DNA of 64,000 bases from contig OY781945.1 of assembly GCA_963677435.1 (NCBI GenBank), forward strand, positions 1,536,001 through 1,600,000, in the 5' to 3' direction. Positions 8,411-18,479 of this stretch are shown piece after piece; the stretch's first letter is position 1; every line of letters begins with the position of its first letter. The notes under the pieces are model-generated. The model worked only from the letters and a program-made list of their open reading frames with translations. It was not told where the DNA came from and did not search any database. This stretch comes from an uncultured Aliarcobacter sp. (lineage in GTDB: Bacteria > Campylobacterota > Campylobacteria > Campylobacterales > Arcobacteraceae). Both the position numbers and the translations under genes were made by a program.

Positions 8411-10777
8411 TTATTCTTCTTTCCATAATAGTTCTAATTTCACATTAAAAATATCTGTTCTTTTTGGTTTTATAAAAATCTCTTCTATTTGAAAATTTGA
8501 GATTTTATTCTCTTCATTTATTTTTTCTATTTCATCTTCAAGGATTTTTTGAAGTTCTTCTTTTTCTATTTGTAGTTGTTGAATCTCATTTTCAACATAT
8601 TTTACATCATTTCTCTCTTTTAATACTCTAGTTGCTCCTCTAGCACTAGAAGCCACTTTACCTAAAGTTGAACTAGTAGTCGATTTTCCAAAGAAAGCTC
8701 CTAGAAGAGATGTTCCTATTGCAATAATCGTATCAGTTGTGGTAGAACTTGCTTGCAGTTCCTCTTTTTCTTTTTTATCAAAAAGTTTATCTAGTTTATC
8801 GTCAATTGAATCATTTGTTTTTTTGAATTTTATTTGTAAATTTTCAACTTGTTCATCTATTTTTTCATTTAATCTATCTTGAATTCTGATTTTAAAATCA
8901 GTTAAACTCTCATTTTGTTTTGAAATGATTTTTAAAGAATCATTTTTAAATAGAGTTAATTTTGAATTTCTATAAACATAATCTGAAAAATCTTTTTGAA
9001 TCTGTTTTAACTCTTTTTCATTTTGAATAAAAATAGGAGTTTCATAGTAGTTTGAGTTTAATCTCTCTTTTATTTCAAAAGATGAAATATTAAGTTCTAC
9101 AAACTCTTCATAATTAATATTTGAAGCTTCTTTTTGTAAATAAAATCCATAATTTAACTCAGATGTTAAATCAATATTTTTAGCAGTATCTGCAAAATGA
9201 AGTGAACATTTACAAAGTAAATATGCTTGTAAATAGTAACTATCACTTTGTGATGAGTATAAATATTTTTGCTCTAAAATATTTGGAATTAGAGGTTTTG
9301 GGCTATTTTGTTTATTTGTTGTTTCAACTTTTTGTTTAGGAGTGAAACTTTCTTCTTTAGTGGTTAGTGTGGTTACCTTTTTATTGCTCATTAAAAACTT
9401 GATTTGCTCTTTTGTGATTGGCCCTTTTAAGTATGATAAAGCCCATCTTGTTTGAAAAACTTTTATTCCATCTTCATTTATATTTTTCATTATAAATGTT
9501 CTTTTTTCAAGATTTGATAAAAGATTTTCTATTTGATTTTTATCAATTTTTCCCTCAACTGCACTACTTAAACCATCAATTACTTTTTCTTTATCTTGTT
9601 TTGTTTGTAATCTTCCTATAAACCAAGTTCCAATATTTGATAAACCTTTGTAATCAATATCAACAGGATTTTGAGTAGAAAGTATGATTCCCACACCAAA
9701 AGATCTTGCTTGTTTTAAAAGTGTAAGCATTGGCTGTTTTGATGGTGGATTTGCATTTGGAGGGAAATATCCAAAAATTTCATCCATGTAAAGTAGGGCT
9801 TTAAGTGAAGTTGTTCCTTCTTGTCTTCTCATCCATGAAACCATTTGGTTTAATAAAAGTGAAACAAAAAACATTCTTTGAGAATCGTTTAGGTGAGCGA
9901 TTGAAAATATAGAAACTTTTGCTTTTCCATTTTCATCATACATTAGATTTGAAATATCTAAAGGAACACCTTCAATCCAAGATTTAAAAGAAGGATTTGC
10001 AATAATTGTATTTAATTTTAGAGCTAGTTTTAGTCTCTCATTTTGAGGGAAAAATGTCTCTAAATCAAAAATTCCCACTTTTGAAAATGGAGGAGTTACG
10101 ATAAATGAGATTAACTCTTCAATACTCAAATCTTTTTGCAAAGAGTAAGAGTTCATAAAAATAGATGAAATTAAAATAGACTCTTTAGATGAACTATCAT
10201 CTTTTTCATCAATCAGTGATAATAGTGAGCTAACAGTTGAACTAATTAATGAAACTAATAACTCACTATCTTCTAAAACTTCAATACTTGGTGCTTTAAA
10301 TGATGAAAGAATTGATATTTGAACTCCAGCACTACTTCCAGGTGTATAAATAGTAAAATCAGCAGAATCTTTTAATTTTTGGATTCTTTCTTGATTTTGA
10401 AAATCTCCTTCTATTCCTTTTTTCCAAGTTTGTGCAGTTTTTGAAGCAAATTCAGGAACACTTAAACCATTATTTATAGCATCTTGTTCTTCAATCCAAG
10501 GTTCAAAATCACTTCCTTGTAATTGTGGAAAGGTAAGAAGTAAATTTCCCATATCACCTTTTGGGTCAATTATAATTGAGGGAATATTATCAATTGCTGC
10601 TTCTTCTAAAAGAGAAATTCCAAGACCTGTTTTTCCACTTCCTGTCATTCCTATGATTGCAGCATGAGTAGTTAAATCTTTATTTTTATAAACTAAAGGA
10701 GCGAAGTTTTGTTCATCAATTTTTTCTTTTCCAATATAGAAAAGTTTTAGTTTTTCATAATCAAAGCTTGTACTCAT
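8411..10777 (-). CDS. HerA/FtsK-superfamily ATPase (DUF87-like) with C-terminal coiled coil
   Basis: HAAIIGMTGSGKT Walker A, IIIDPKGD, LYMDE Walker B, ARSFGVGIILSTQNP. Confidence 0.8.
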   Translation of the reverse strand: MSTSFDYEKLKLFYIGKEKIDEQNFAPLVYKNKDLTTHAAIIGMTGSGKTGLGISLLEEAAIDNIPSIIIDPKGDMGNLLLTFPQLQGSDFEPWIEEQDAINNGLSVPEFASKTAQTWKKGIEGDFQNQERIQKLKDSADFTIYTPGSSAGVQISILSSFKAPSIEVLEDSELLVSLISSTVSSLLSLIDEKDDSSSKESILISSIFMNSYSLQKDLSIEELISFIVTPPFSKVGIFDLETFFPQNERLKLALKLNTIIANPSFKSWIEGVPLDISNLMYDENGKAKVSIFSIAHLNDSQRMFFVSLLLNQMVSWMRRQEGTTSLKALLYMDEIFGYFPPNANPPSKQPMLTLLKQARSFGVGIILSTQNPVDIDYKGLSNIGTWFIGRLQTKQDKEKVIDGLSSAVEGKIDKNQIENLLSNLEKRTFIMKNINEDGIKVFQTRWALSYLKGPITKEQIKFLMSNKKVTTLTTKEESFTPKQKVETTNKQNSPKPLIPNILEQKYLYSSQSDSYYLQAYLLCKCSLHFADTAKNIDLTSELNYGFYLQKEASNINYEEFVELNISSFEIKERLNSNYYETPIFIQNEKELKQIQKDFSDYVYRNSKLTLFKNDSLKIISKQNESLTDFKIRIQDRLNEKIDEQVENLQIKFKKTNDSIDDKLDKLFDKKEKEELQASSTTTDTIIAIGTSLLGAFFGKSTTSSTLGKVASSARGATRVLKERNDVKYVENEIQQLQIEKEELQKILEDEIEKINEENKISNFQIEEIFIKPKRTDIFNVKLELLWKEE

Positions 10778-11817
10778 ATTGTTTCCTTTATCTCTTTTCT
10801 TTTAGCTTTCATTTTATTTAAAGCTAATTTTCTCATGTCAGCAGTTGTATCTAACTCATCCATGATTTCAAGACCTAAAAGTGTTTCAATACAATCTTCT
10901 AAAGTTACAATCCCTTCTGTTTGATTGTATGAATCATGAACTATAAACATATGCTCTTTTTTTTGAATAAATAATTTTAGAGCTTTTGCAACATTTATAT
11001 TTTCGTGTAATGTAAATACTGGTTTCATTATATTTTCTAAAGTAATCTCTTTTTCTTTTATAGATTGTTTGAAAAGTTTTTTAGTTAGAACAATTCCTAC
11101 AATATTATCAATATTATCTTCATATACAGGTACTCTTGAAAATTTAAAGGTTCTTTTATCTTCAATTAAATCTTTTATTAAAGAGTTCTTTTCTATTGCA
11201 AATACAACTGAACGAGGAGTTAAAATATCTTTTAATTTTTTACTATTTAATTCAAGTGTATTTCCAATAATTTGTGATTCTAAATCACCAATAACACCCT
11301 CTGCTTCACTTAATAAAGTAGATTGAAGTAACTCTTCTCTTGAAATTTTATTTGAGCTTTCTTTCCCTATTTTTTTTGTTATAAATTGAGTAATAAGAAT
11401 TATTGGATAAGTAATAAATATAAAAACTTTTATAATTCTTGGAGTATAAATAGCTAATTGTCTCCAATAAACAGCACCAATTGTTTTAGGAATTATCTCT
11501 GAAACAAATAAAATTATAAAAGTAAGAACAATTGAAGTAGCCATTATTAATGTGCCATCTCCTTCAAAAACCTCTTTTGCTTGTATTCCAATAGCAGTTG
11601 CACCTAAAGTATTTGCAGTAGTATTCAAAATAAGAATAGAAGCAATTGACTTATCAATATCTAATTTCAGTTTTTTAAAAAGCTTTCCAGCAGTAGGATG
11701 CTCTTTTTCTAAAGTTGAGATGTAAGTGATATTTGTGGATAAGAGTATAGATTCTAAAATAGAACATAAAAAAGATGTACCAATAACTGCAATAAATAGT
11801 AATATTAAAACTTCCAT
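10774..11817 (-). CDS. CNNM (DUF21)-CBS domain membrane protein
   Basis: SFLCSILES, ILILNTTANTLGA, SEIIPKTIGA, LTPRS, FSRVPVY, GIVTLED. Confidence 0.9.
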   Translation of the reverse strand: MEVLILLFIAVIGTSFLCSILESILLSTNITYISTLEKEHPTAGKLFKKLKLDIDKSIASILILNTTANTLGATAIGIQAKEVFEGDGTLIMATSIVLTFIILFVSEIIPKTIGAVYWRQLAIYTPRIIKVFIFITYPIILITQFITKKIGKESSNKISREELLQSTLLSEAEGVIGDLESQIIGNTLELNSKKLKDILTPRSVVFAIEKNSLIKDLIEDKRTFKFSRVPVYEDNIDNIVGIVLTKKLFKQSIKEKEITLENIMKPVFTLHENINVAKALKLFIQKKEHMFIVHDSYNQTEGIVTLEDCIETLLGLEIMDELDTTADMRKLALNKMKAKRKEIKETI

Positions 11818-12000
11818 TTATTCTTTCTTTTATAAAAATTAAGCAATCGGGAATTGTATTCCAATTTTTTTCTCCTGTGAAATGTTAAGAATTTTGTACA
11901 AATAATATCAAAATAAACTTAATAAAGAAGTTTTTGATAAAAAAATTAAAAAAAAGTTGTATAATTAATTATTAAAAACTTTTAAAATAAGGAGCTTATT

Positions 12001-12357
12001 ATGGAATATGGGATAATGCCAAAAATTGACCAGTTTAGTGATAATAAAGCTTTAGAAATTCAAAAAGTTCAACCTTCTGCAAAATCATCTGAAATAAGTA
12101 CTCAAGATGCAATACAACAAGTGCAACAAGAAGCTATTTCAAAAGAAAAAGATGTTGCTGATACAAAAAAAGTTGCAACAGATAAAGCTACTTCTAATAA
12201 ATATGAAGTAGTCTTATCTAATACAAACTTTGGATTTAATGATTCTTCTAAAGACTTTTATGTAAAAGTAGAAAGAGGTAACATGGAAAATCAATATCCA
12301 ACGCAAGAGATGATGAGAGTAAAAGCTTATTTATTAAGTCTTGATTCTACTGCTTAA
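12001..12357 (+). CDS. FlaG-like protein
   Basis: Low-complexity N-terminus, then FGFNDSSKDFYVKV...QYPTQEMMRV resembling the FlaG C-terminal domain; SD AAGGAG. Confidence 0.55.
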   Translation: MEYGIMPKIDQFSDNKALEIQKVQPSAKSSEISTQDAIQQVQQEAISKEKDVADTKKVATDKATSNKYEVVLSNTNFGFNDSSKDFYVKVERGNMENQYPTQEMMRVKAYLLSLDSTA

Positions 12358-12363
12358 TTTCTA

Positions 12364-12394
12364 AAGCCAAATTATAATTCTTATAATTTGGCTT
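12364..12394. terminator. Bidirectional terminator, 14-bp perfect stem
   Basis: AAGCCAAATTATAA-TTC-TTATAATTTGGCTT between convergent genes; right arm overlaps the DUF309 stop codon. Confidence 0.7.
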
Positions 12395-12734
12395 CTACTT
12401 CTTCCCTTAATTTTATTAATAAATCTTTTGCTTTATAATATTTTTCTTTTTCTTCAATTTCAACTTCATCTAACAGTGGAATATATTTTTCAAAAGCCGG
12501 CCAAACTTTTTTGTAACTTAGAGGTCTTTTTTTTATATGAAAAAGAGCAAGGGCAGTTGCTCCATTTATTAAACCTTTTAAAACAAGGGCTTTGTTTATT
12601 TCACCTTGTTTTTTATAAAAATTCCAATCATCTTCAAGCAGTTCATGAGCTTCCACATAAAAGCCATTTTCAACAGCAAAGATAAATCTATCAATTGCTG
12701 TTTCTTGATTGAAAATTGAATAATCTATTTTCAT
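12381..12734 (-). CDS. DUF309 domain protein
   Basis: FYVEAHELLEDDW and LKGLINGATAL motifs; coupled to uvrA. Confidence 0.75.
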   Translation of the reverse strand: MKIDYSIFNQETAIDRFIFAVENGFYVEAHELLEDDWNFYKKQGEINKALVLKGLINGATALALFHIKKRPLSYKKVWPAFEKYIPLLDEVEIEEKEKYYKAKDLLIKLREEVEAKL

Positions 12735-15547
12735 TAACCGTTTATCTCTTTATTTAAATAATATCCAGTATATGAACCAGAGATTTTATGATTTGAAGCT
12801 AAAAATTCAGGTGTTCCCTCATCAACAATCATTCCTCCTTTATTTCCACCCTCAGGTCCCATATCTATTACCCAATCAGAGTTTTTGATAACATCAAGGT
12901 TATGCTCAATTACAAGAACAGAGTTTCCTAAATCAACTAAGTGATGCAATACTTTTGTTAATCTATCAACATCGGCAAAGTGTAAACCAGTTGTTGGTTC
13001 ATCTAAAACATAAAGAGTATTTCCCGTATCTTTTTTACTTAACTCTTTTGATAGTTTTATTCTTTGAGCTTCACCACCTGAAAGTGTTACTGCATTTTGC
13101 CCAAGTGTAATGTATCCAAGTCCAACATCACTTAAAGTTTGAAGTTTTGCATTTAGTTTAGGCACTTTTGCAAAGAACTCTAAAGCTTCATCTACACTCA
13201 TATTTAGAACATCAGAGATATTTTTACCTTTGTATAAAATCTCTAAAGTTTGAGAGTTATATCTTCTTCCATGACAATCATCACATTTCACCATAATATC
13301 TGGTAAGAAGTGCATTTCGATTTTTATTTCACCTTCACCTTGGCATTTTTCACATCTTCCACCTTTAACATTAAAAGAGAATCTTCCGATTTTATAACCT
13401 CTAAGACTAGCTTCTTTAGTTTTTGCGAATAGTTCTCTTATTTCATCCATTAACCCTGTATAAGTTGCAGGATTTGATCGTGGCGTTCTTCCTATTGGTG
13501 ATTGGTCAAGGTAGATAACTTTATCAAGTTTTTCAAGTCCTTCAATTTCAACACCATCTACTTTTTTTACTTTTCTTGCTCGATTTAAAAGCTCTTTTGC
13601 AACTGGAAGTAGGGTTTGTAAAATAAGTGAAGATTTACCACTTCCTGAAACTCCTGTAATTGCACAAAGATTTTTTAGAGGGATTTGTACATTTAAATCT
13701 TTTATATTATTTATAGTTACATTTTTTATTTCAATAAACTCTTCTTGTGGTCTATTGTGAACATAATCAATTTTTTTAGCTCCAGTTACATATTTTGCAG
13801 TCAAAGTTTTTGCTTTGTTCATCTCTTTTAGAGTTCCTGCAAATACAATCTCTCCACCATATTTTCCTGCATTTGGTCCAATATCAACTATATAATCTGC
13901 TGCTTGAATAGTCTCTTTATCATGTTCAACAACAATAACTGTATTTCCTTTTTCTTGTAAGGCTCGTAAAGTTTTGATAAGTTTATTTGTATCTCTTTCA
14001 TGTAGTCCAATAGATGGCTCATCAAGAACGTACATAACTCCAGTTAGACCTGAACCAATTTGTGAGGCAACTCTAATTCTTTGGGCTTCTCCACCACTTA
14101 TAGTTCGGGCATCTCTTCCTAAAGTGATATATCCTAACCCAACATCATGTAAAAAGAAAATTCTCTCTTTAATTTCTTTTAAAATTGGTTTTGAAATCAT
14201 TTTAAATTGCTCATTTAGATAAGCAAAATTTGATTCATCTTGGAAAAATGCGTGTGCATCTTCTATTGGAATATTTAAAATATCGCTTATTGTTTTATTT
14301 GCCACATAAACACTTTGAGAAGAGGGTTTTAATCTATTTCCATTACAAGAGTCACATTTCTTTTCAGTCATGTATTCACTCATCTCTTTTTCATCTTTTA
14401 TCATGTCGTAGGCAAGTTTTACAACACCTTCCCACTTTCTTGTAAGTTTGTGTCTTTTCCAAAAGAATGTAGCTTCATCAACACTTCCATGTAAAATAGC
14501 TTTTCTTTGATGTTCTGGTAATTCTCTAAAAGGAATATTTACATTTATATCAGTTCCTTCACAAAAAGCTAAAAGCATTTTGAAATAAAAACCTTTATTA
14601 AAGCCATAAATAACTCTAATAGCACCATCTTCAATAGATAAATCTTCATTGATAACTTTTTTCATATCAAGGGCATATCTAATTCCTAAACCATCACAAG
14701 AAGAACAAGCACCTTTTGGTGAGTTAAATGAGAATGATAAGGGTTCAAGTGGTTCAAATGAGATTTTACAAGTGAAACAAGCCATATGTTCAGAGTAGTG
14801 AATATGTTTTTCGGTTCCAACTTCTTCATGGTTTATAACTTCAATTTCAAGCTCTCCGTAACTCTCTTTTAAACCTTTTTCTATATCTTGAGCGATTCTG
14901 TCTCTATTTTCTTCTTTTATCGTAACCCTATCGATTACAACTTTGATTGTATGCATTTGAGTTTTTGCTAATTCTATCTCTTCATCTAGTCTTACCATAA
15001 CTCCATCAATCATGGCTCTTACATACCCTTTGCTTCGTAAGTTTTCTAATAAATCAGCAAAACTTCCTTTCTTTCTATTGATAAGTGGAGCTAAAATTAC
15101 AACTTTTGAATCATTTGGTAGCGTTAAAACTTGATTGATTACATCACTTGCGCTCATTTGTGAAATTGGCTCTCCACATTGGTGACAGTGTTGTTTCCCA
15201 ATTCGGGCGTATAAAAGTCTAAAATAGTCATAAACTTCTGTAATAGTTCCCACAGTTGAACGAGGATTCTTAGATGTTGTTTTTTGATCAATTGCAATTG
15301 CAGGAGTAAGTCCTTCAATTCTTTCAACATTTGGTTTTCCAACTTTATCTAAAAATTGTCTAGCATATGCAGATAGGGATTCAATATATCTTCTTTGACC
15401 CTCAGCATAAAGTGTGTCAAATGCTAGTGTAGATTTTCCAGAACCCGAAAGTCCTGTGAATACAATAAGTTTATTTTTTGGTATCTCTAAGTTTATATTT
15501 TTTAAGTTATTTTCACAAGCGTTAAATATTTTAATTGAATCTGTCAT
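12734..15547 (-). CDS. uvrA: Excinuclease ABC subunit A
   Basis: Two ABC domains ([16 protein letters not shown]), SGGEAQR twice, zinc fingers. Confidence 0.98.
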   Translation of the reverse strand: MTDSIKIFNACENNLKNINLEIPKNKLIVFTGLSGSGKSTLAFDTLYAEGQRRYIESLSAYARQFLDKVGKPNVERIEGLTPAIAIDQKTTSKNPRSTVGTITEVYDYFRLLYARIGKQHCHQCGEPISQMSASDVINQVLTLPNDSKVVILAPLINRKKGSFADLLENLRSKGYVRAMIDGVMVRLDEEIELAKTQMHTIKVVIDRVTIKEENRDRIAQDIEKGLKESYGELEIEVINHEEVGTEKHIHYSEHMACFTCKISFEPLEPLSFSFNSPKGACSSCDGLGIRYALDMKKVINEDLSIEDGAIRVIYGFNKGFYFKMLLAFCEGTDINVNIPFRELPEHQRKAILHGSVDEATFFWKRHKLTRKWEGVVKLAYDMIKDEKEMSEYMTEKKCDSCNGNRLKPSSQSVYVANKTISDILNIPIEDAHAFFQDESNFAYLNEQFKMISKPILKEIKERIFFLHDVGLGYITLGRDARTISGGEAQRIRVASQIGSGLTGVMYVLDEPSIGLHERDTNKLIKTLRALQEKGNTVIVVEHDKETIQAADYIVDIGPNAGKYGGEIVFAGTLKEMNKAKTLTAKYVTGAKKIDYVHNRPQEEFIEIKNVTINNIKDLNVQIPLKNLCAITGVSGSGKSSLILQTLLPVAKELLNRARKVKKVDGVEIEGLEKLDKVIYLDQSPIGRTPRSNPATYTGLMDEIRELFAKTKEASLRGYKIGRFSFNVKGGRCEKCQGEGEIKIEMHFLPDIMVKCDDCHGRRYNSQTLEILYKGKNISDVLNMSVDEALEFFAKVPKLNAKLQTLSDVGLGYITLGQNAVTLSGGEAQRIKLSKELSKKDTGNTLYVLDEPTTGLHFADVDRLTKVLHHLVDLGNSVLVIEHNLDVIKNSDWVIDMGPEGGNKGGMIVDEGTPEFLASNHKISGSYTGYYLNKEING

Positions 15548-15719
15548 TTTGTGCCTTTAAAATTTGAAGCTAATATTATATGATAGATTTTATAATAAGA
15601 GATTAAATTAGATTTTCATTGGTTTCATATTGTTACTTGAGATATAAAAGTATATTTAACTAAGTTAAAAATGTTAGAATTACACCTTAAAATTTAAAAT
15701 ATTAAAATAGGGTATAAAA

Positions 15720-16667
15720 ATGAAATACAAAATCTTTGTAGATGGTCAGTTTGGAACAACAGGATTAAAAATCCATGAAATGCTAAAAGATAGAAATGAA
15801 CTTGAAATTTTAACAATCAATGAAGAAGATAAAAAAGATTTAGAGATTAAAAAGAAGTTTTTAAATGAAGCTGATTTGGTTTTTTTATGTTTACCTGATG
15901 AGGCTTCAAAAGAGTCTGTAAAATTAATAACAAATAATACAACAAAAGTAATAGATGCAAGTACAGCTCATAGAACAAATCCTGATTGGACTTATGGAAT
16001 TGCAGAATTAAACCCAACTCAAAGAGAAAAAATAAAAAACTCAACTAGAGTTTGTGTTCCTGGTTGTCATGCAAGTGGATTTATAATGGCCATGAAACCA
16101 TTAATTGAAAATAATATTGTTTCAAAAAAACAAAAAATAGTTTGCCACTCAATCACAGGATATAGCGGTGGTGGAAAAGGCTTAATTGATATTTATGAAG
16201 CACCTGAGAATAAAGACAAATATAAAAGTCAAAGACCTTATGCCCTAGCTTTAAGTCATAAACATTTACCAGAAATGAAATATATCTTAGGTTTAGAATC
16301 AGCTCCATTTTTTACGCCAAGTGTAGGAAACTTTTCTCAAGGTATGTTAGTAATGTCATATCTAATAAAAGATGAACTAGAAAAAAATATATCAAAAGGA
16401 GAAGTATTGTCTTTATACAAAGATTATTATAAAAATGAAGAGTTTGTAAAAATAATCGAAGATGATATAAAGTATTTAGATGAAGGTTTCTTAGATGCAA
16501 TGAAATGTAATAACACAAATAGAATCGAAATCTCAGTTTATGAATCAGATGATTATATGCTTGTTATTTCAAGACTTGATAATCTTGGAAAAGGAGCTTC
16601 GGGTGCTGCTGTTCAAAATATGAATATCATGTTAGGACTTGATGAGAATGCAGGTTTAAAGGCTTAA
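15720..16667 (+). CDS. argC: N-acetyl-gamma-glutamyl-phosphate reductase, type 2
   Basis: FVDGQFGTTG, DASTAHR, PGCH, GYSGGGK, RLDNLGKGASGAAVQNMN. Confidence 0.93.
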   Translation: MKYKIFVDGQFGTTGLKIHEMLKDRNELEILTINEEDKKDLEIKKKFLNEADLVFLCLPDEASKESVKLITNNTTKVIDASTAHRTNPDWTYGIAELNPTQREKIKNSTRVCVPGCHASGFIMAMKPLIENNIVSKKQKIVCHSITGYSGGGKGLIDIYEAPENKDKYKSQRPYALALSHKHLPEMKYILGLESAPFFTPSVGNFSQGMLVMSYLIKDELEKNISKGEVLSLYKDYYKNEEFVKIIEDDIKYLDEGFLDAMKCNNTNRIEISVYESDDYMLVISRLDNLGKGASGAAVQNMNIMLGLDENAGLKA

Positions 16668-16782
16668 TTTAATAAATTTAATTATTTTTACCATTTAAAA
16701 ATTATTTTAATTATTTTTTGAAGATAATCTTTATTATCTATGCTAAGATGCCACCTTTATTTATTTGAAAATAAGGGATTGG

Positions 16783-18381
16783 ATGGAACAAGTTATTTTG
16801 ATGATGTTAGCAACTGGAGTTGTTGCTGTTATTCTCGGTATTATTTTAAAGCGTTTTGATGTTCCACCTCTTGTTGGATATATAATATCAGGAATAATTC
16901 TTGTAAATATTATAGGTTCTAATGTAGAAGATTCTTATATTTTAGATCAAATTGCAGAGTTTGGTATTGTATTTTTAATGTTTACAATTGGACTTGAAAT
17001 GAAGCTGGAAAACCTAATACAAATGCGAAAACAAGTATTTGTTTATGGTGGGCTTCAAATTGGCTTATCTATTCTTTTTTTTACTCTAGTGTCATATTTT
17101 TTATTTGCTTTAGATATTAAAACTTCTATAGTTATTGGAGCAGCACTTTCTCTTTCTTCAACAGCAATTGTTTTAAAAATACTAAATGATACAAACAAAA
17201 TAACAAAATATTATGGTCAGAACTCTTTGGGAATATTGATTTGTCAAGATTTAGCAGTTATTCCTATATTATTAATGATGACTATTTTTTCAACTAATGG
17301 AAGTGCTATTGGTGATCTAATTGTAAATATTGTTTTCTCAGGGATTGTGTTATTAATTGTAATGATAATTTTTGGTAAATACTTTTTAAATCATATTTTA
17401 AAATTAGTAGATAAGGCTGAAACTCACGAGCTTTTTATTATGATTGTTTTAATTATTGCAATTGGGGCTAGTTTTTTAGCACATTATTTAGGTTTTACAT
17501 ATTCAATGGGAGCTTTTATTGGTGGTATGTTAATTGCAGAAACACACTACAAACATCAAATAGAAGCAGACCTTATTCCATTTAGAGACCTATTTTTAGC
17601 ACTGTTTTTTGTAACTGTAGGAATGCAAATAGATGTGCATTTTTTTAGTTCACATGTATTTCAGGTTTTTGCTTTAAGTATAGTAATTATGCTTATTAAA
17701 GCTTTGATTATTTTTGTAATAATGTATTTTTTTGTTGGTAAAAGAGTTGCTCTTCAAACTTCTCTTAGTATTTCACAAGTTGGTGAATTTTCATTTGTTG
17801 TATTCACTTTAGCAACTCAAAATAGACTTTTAGAAGCAAATACTGGACAATTACTTACGCTATCTGTGATAATTTCAATGGTTATAACACCATTTATTTT
17901 AAAGAATATTGAATCTATTACTAATAAAATTCTACGAAAAAGACATATTAATAGTGAAATATTAAATACTTCAAAAGAGTCATTAACTGGACATGTTATT
18001 GTTTGTGGTTATGGAAGTTTTGGTAAACAAATACTTTTAAACCTAAAAAATGAAAACATTGAACATATTGCTATTATTGATAATTATGAGTTTTTTGAAA
18101 ATGCCTTATTTCATGGAGAAAAAGTAATATTTGGAAATCCAGCTCAAAAACATATACTAAAAGAAGCAGGTATTTCAAAAGCAAAAGCTGTAATTATTGC
18201 TTTGCATGATGTCCAAAGTATTATTCTTTTATCACACACAATAAAAGACATAAATTCACAAGTAAAAATTTTAGCAAAAGTAACAAAAAAGAGTTTTCTT
18301 CCTGATTCTATAGATAGTGAGGATTTTGTAGATATTTATGATTGTACAGCAGAAATGCTTGTTGAAAGAACGATGAAATAA
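16783..18381 (+). CDS. CPA2 cation:proton antiporter with KTN/TrkA-N domain (Kef-type)
   Basis: AEFGIVFLMFTIGLE, LSSTAIV, QDLAV, SQVGEFSFV, VIVCGYGSFG; ATG 16783 preferred to TTG 16765. Confidence 0.9.
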   Translation: MEQVILMMLATGVVAVILGIILKRFDVPPLVGYIISGIILVNIIGSNVEDSYILDQIAEFGIVFLMFTIGLEMKLENLIQMRKQVFVYGGLQIGLSILFFTLVSYFLFALDIKTSIVIGAALSLSSTAIVLKILNDTNKITKYYGQNSLGILICQDLAVIPILLMMTIFSTNGSAIGDLIVNIVFSGIVLLIVMIIFGKYFLNHILKLVDKAETHELFIMIVLIIAIGASFLAHYLGFTYSMGAFIGGMLIAETHYKHQIEADLIPFRDLFLALFFVTVGMQIDVHFFSSHVFQVFALSIVIMLIKALIIFVIMYFFVGKRVALQTSLSISQVGEFSFVVFTLATQNRLLEANTGQLLTLSVIISMVITPFILKNIESITNKILRKRHINSEILNTSKESLTGHVIVCGYGSFGKQILLNLKNENIEHIAIIDNYEFFENALFHGEKVIFGNPAQKHILKEAGISKAKAVIIALHDVQSIILLSHTIKDINSQVKILAKVTKKSFLPDSIDSEDFVDIYDCTAEMLVERTMK

Positions 18382-18479
18382 GTAAATAATTTTTTAGTGT
18401 AATATATAATCTTGAAGATATTTTATTAAATATAAGTAATTAATTCTTTTAATAGCATCTTAGTAAAAATAGAATATAA

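Noticed and set aside
16722..16739. AGATAAT-CTTT-ATTATCT palindrome as a Fur box before the Kef-type gene
   Set aside because: Spacing is 7-4-7 rather than 7-1-7; single AT-rich instance, so no regulator can be assigned.
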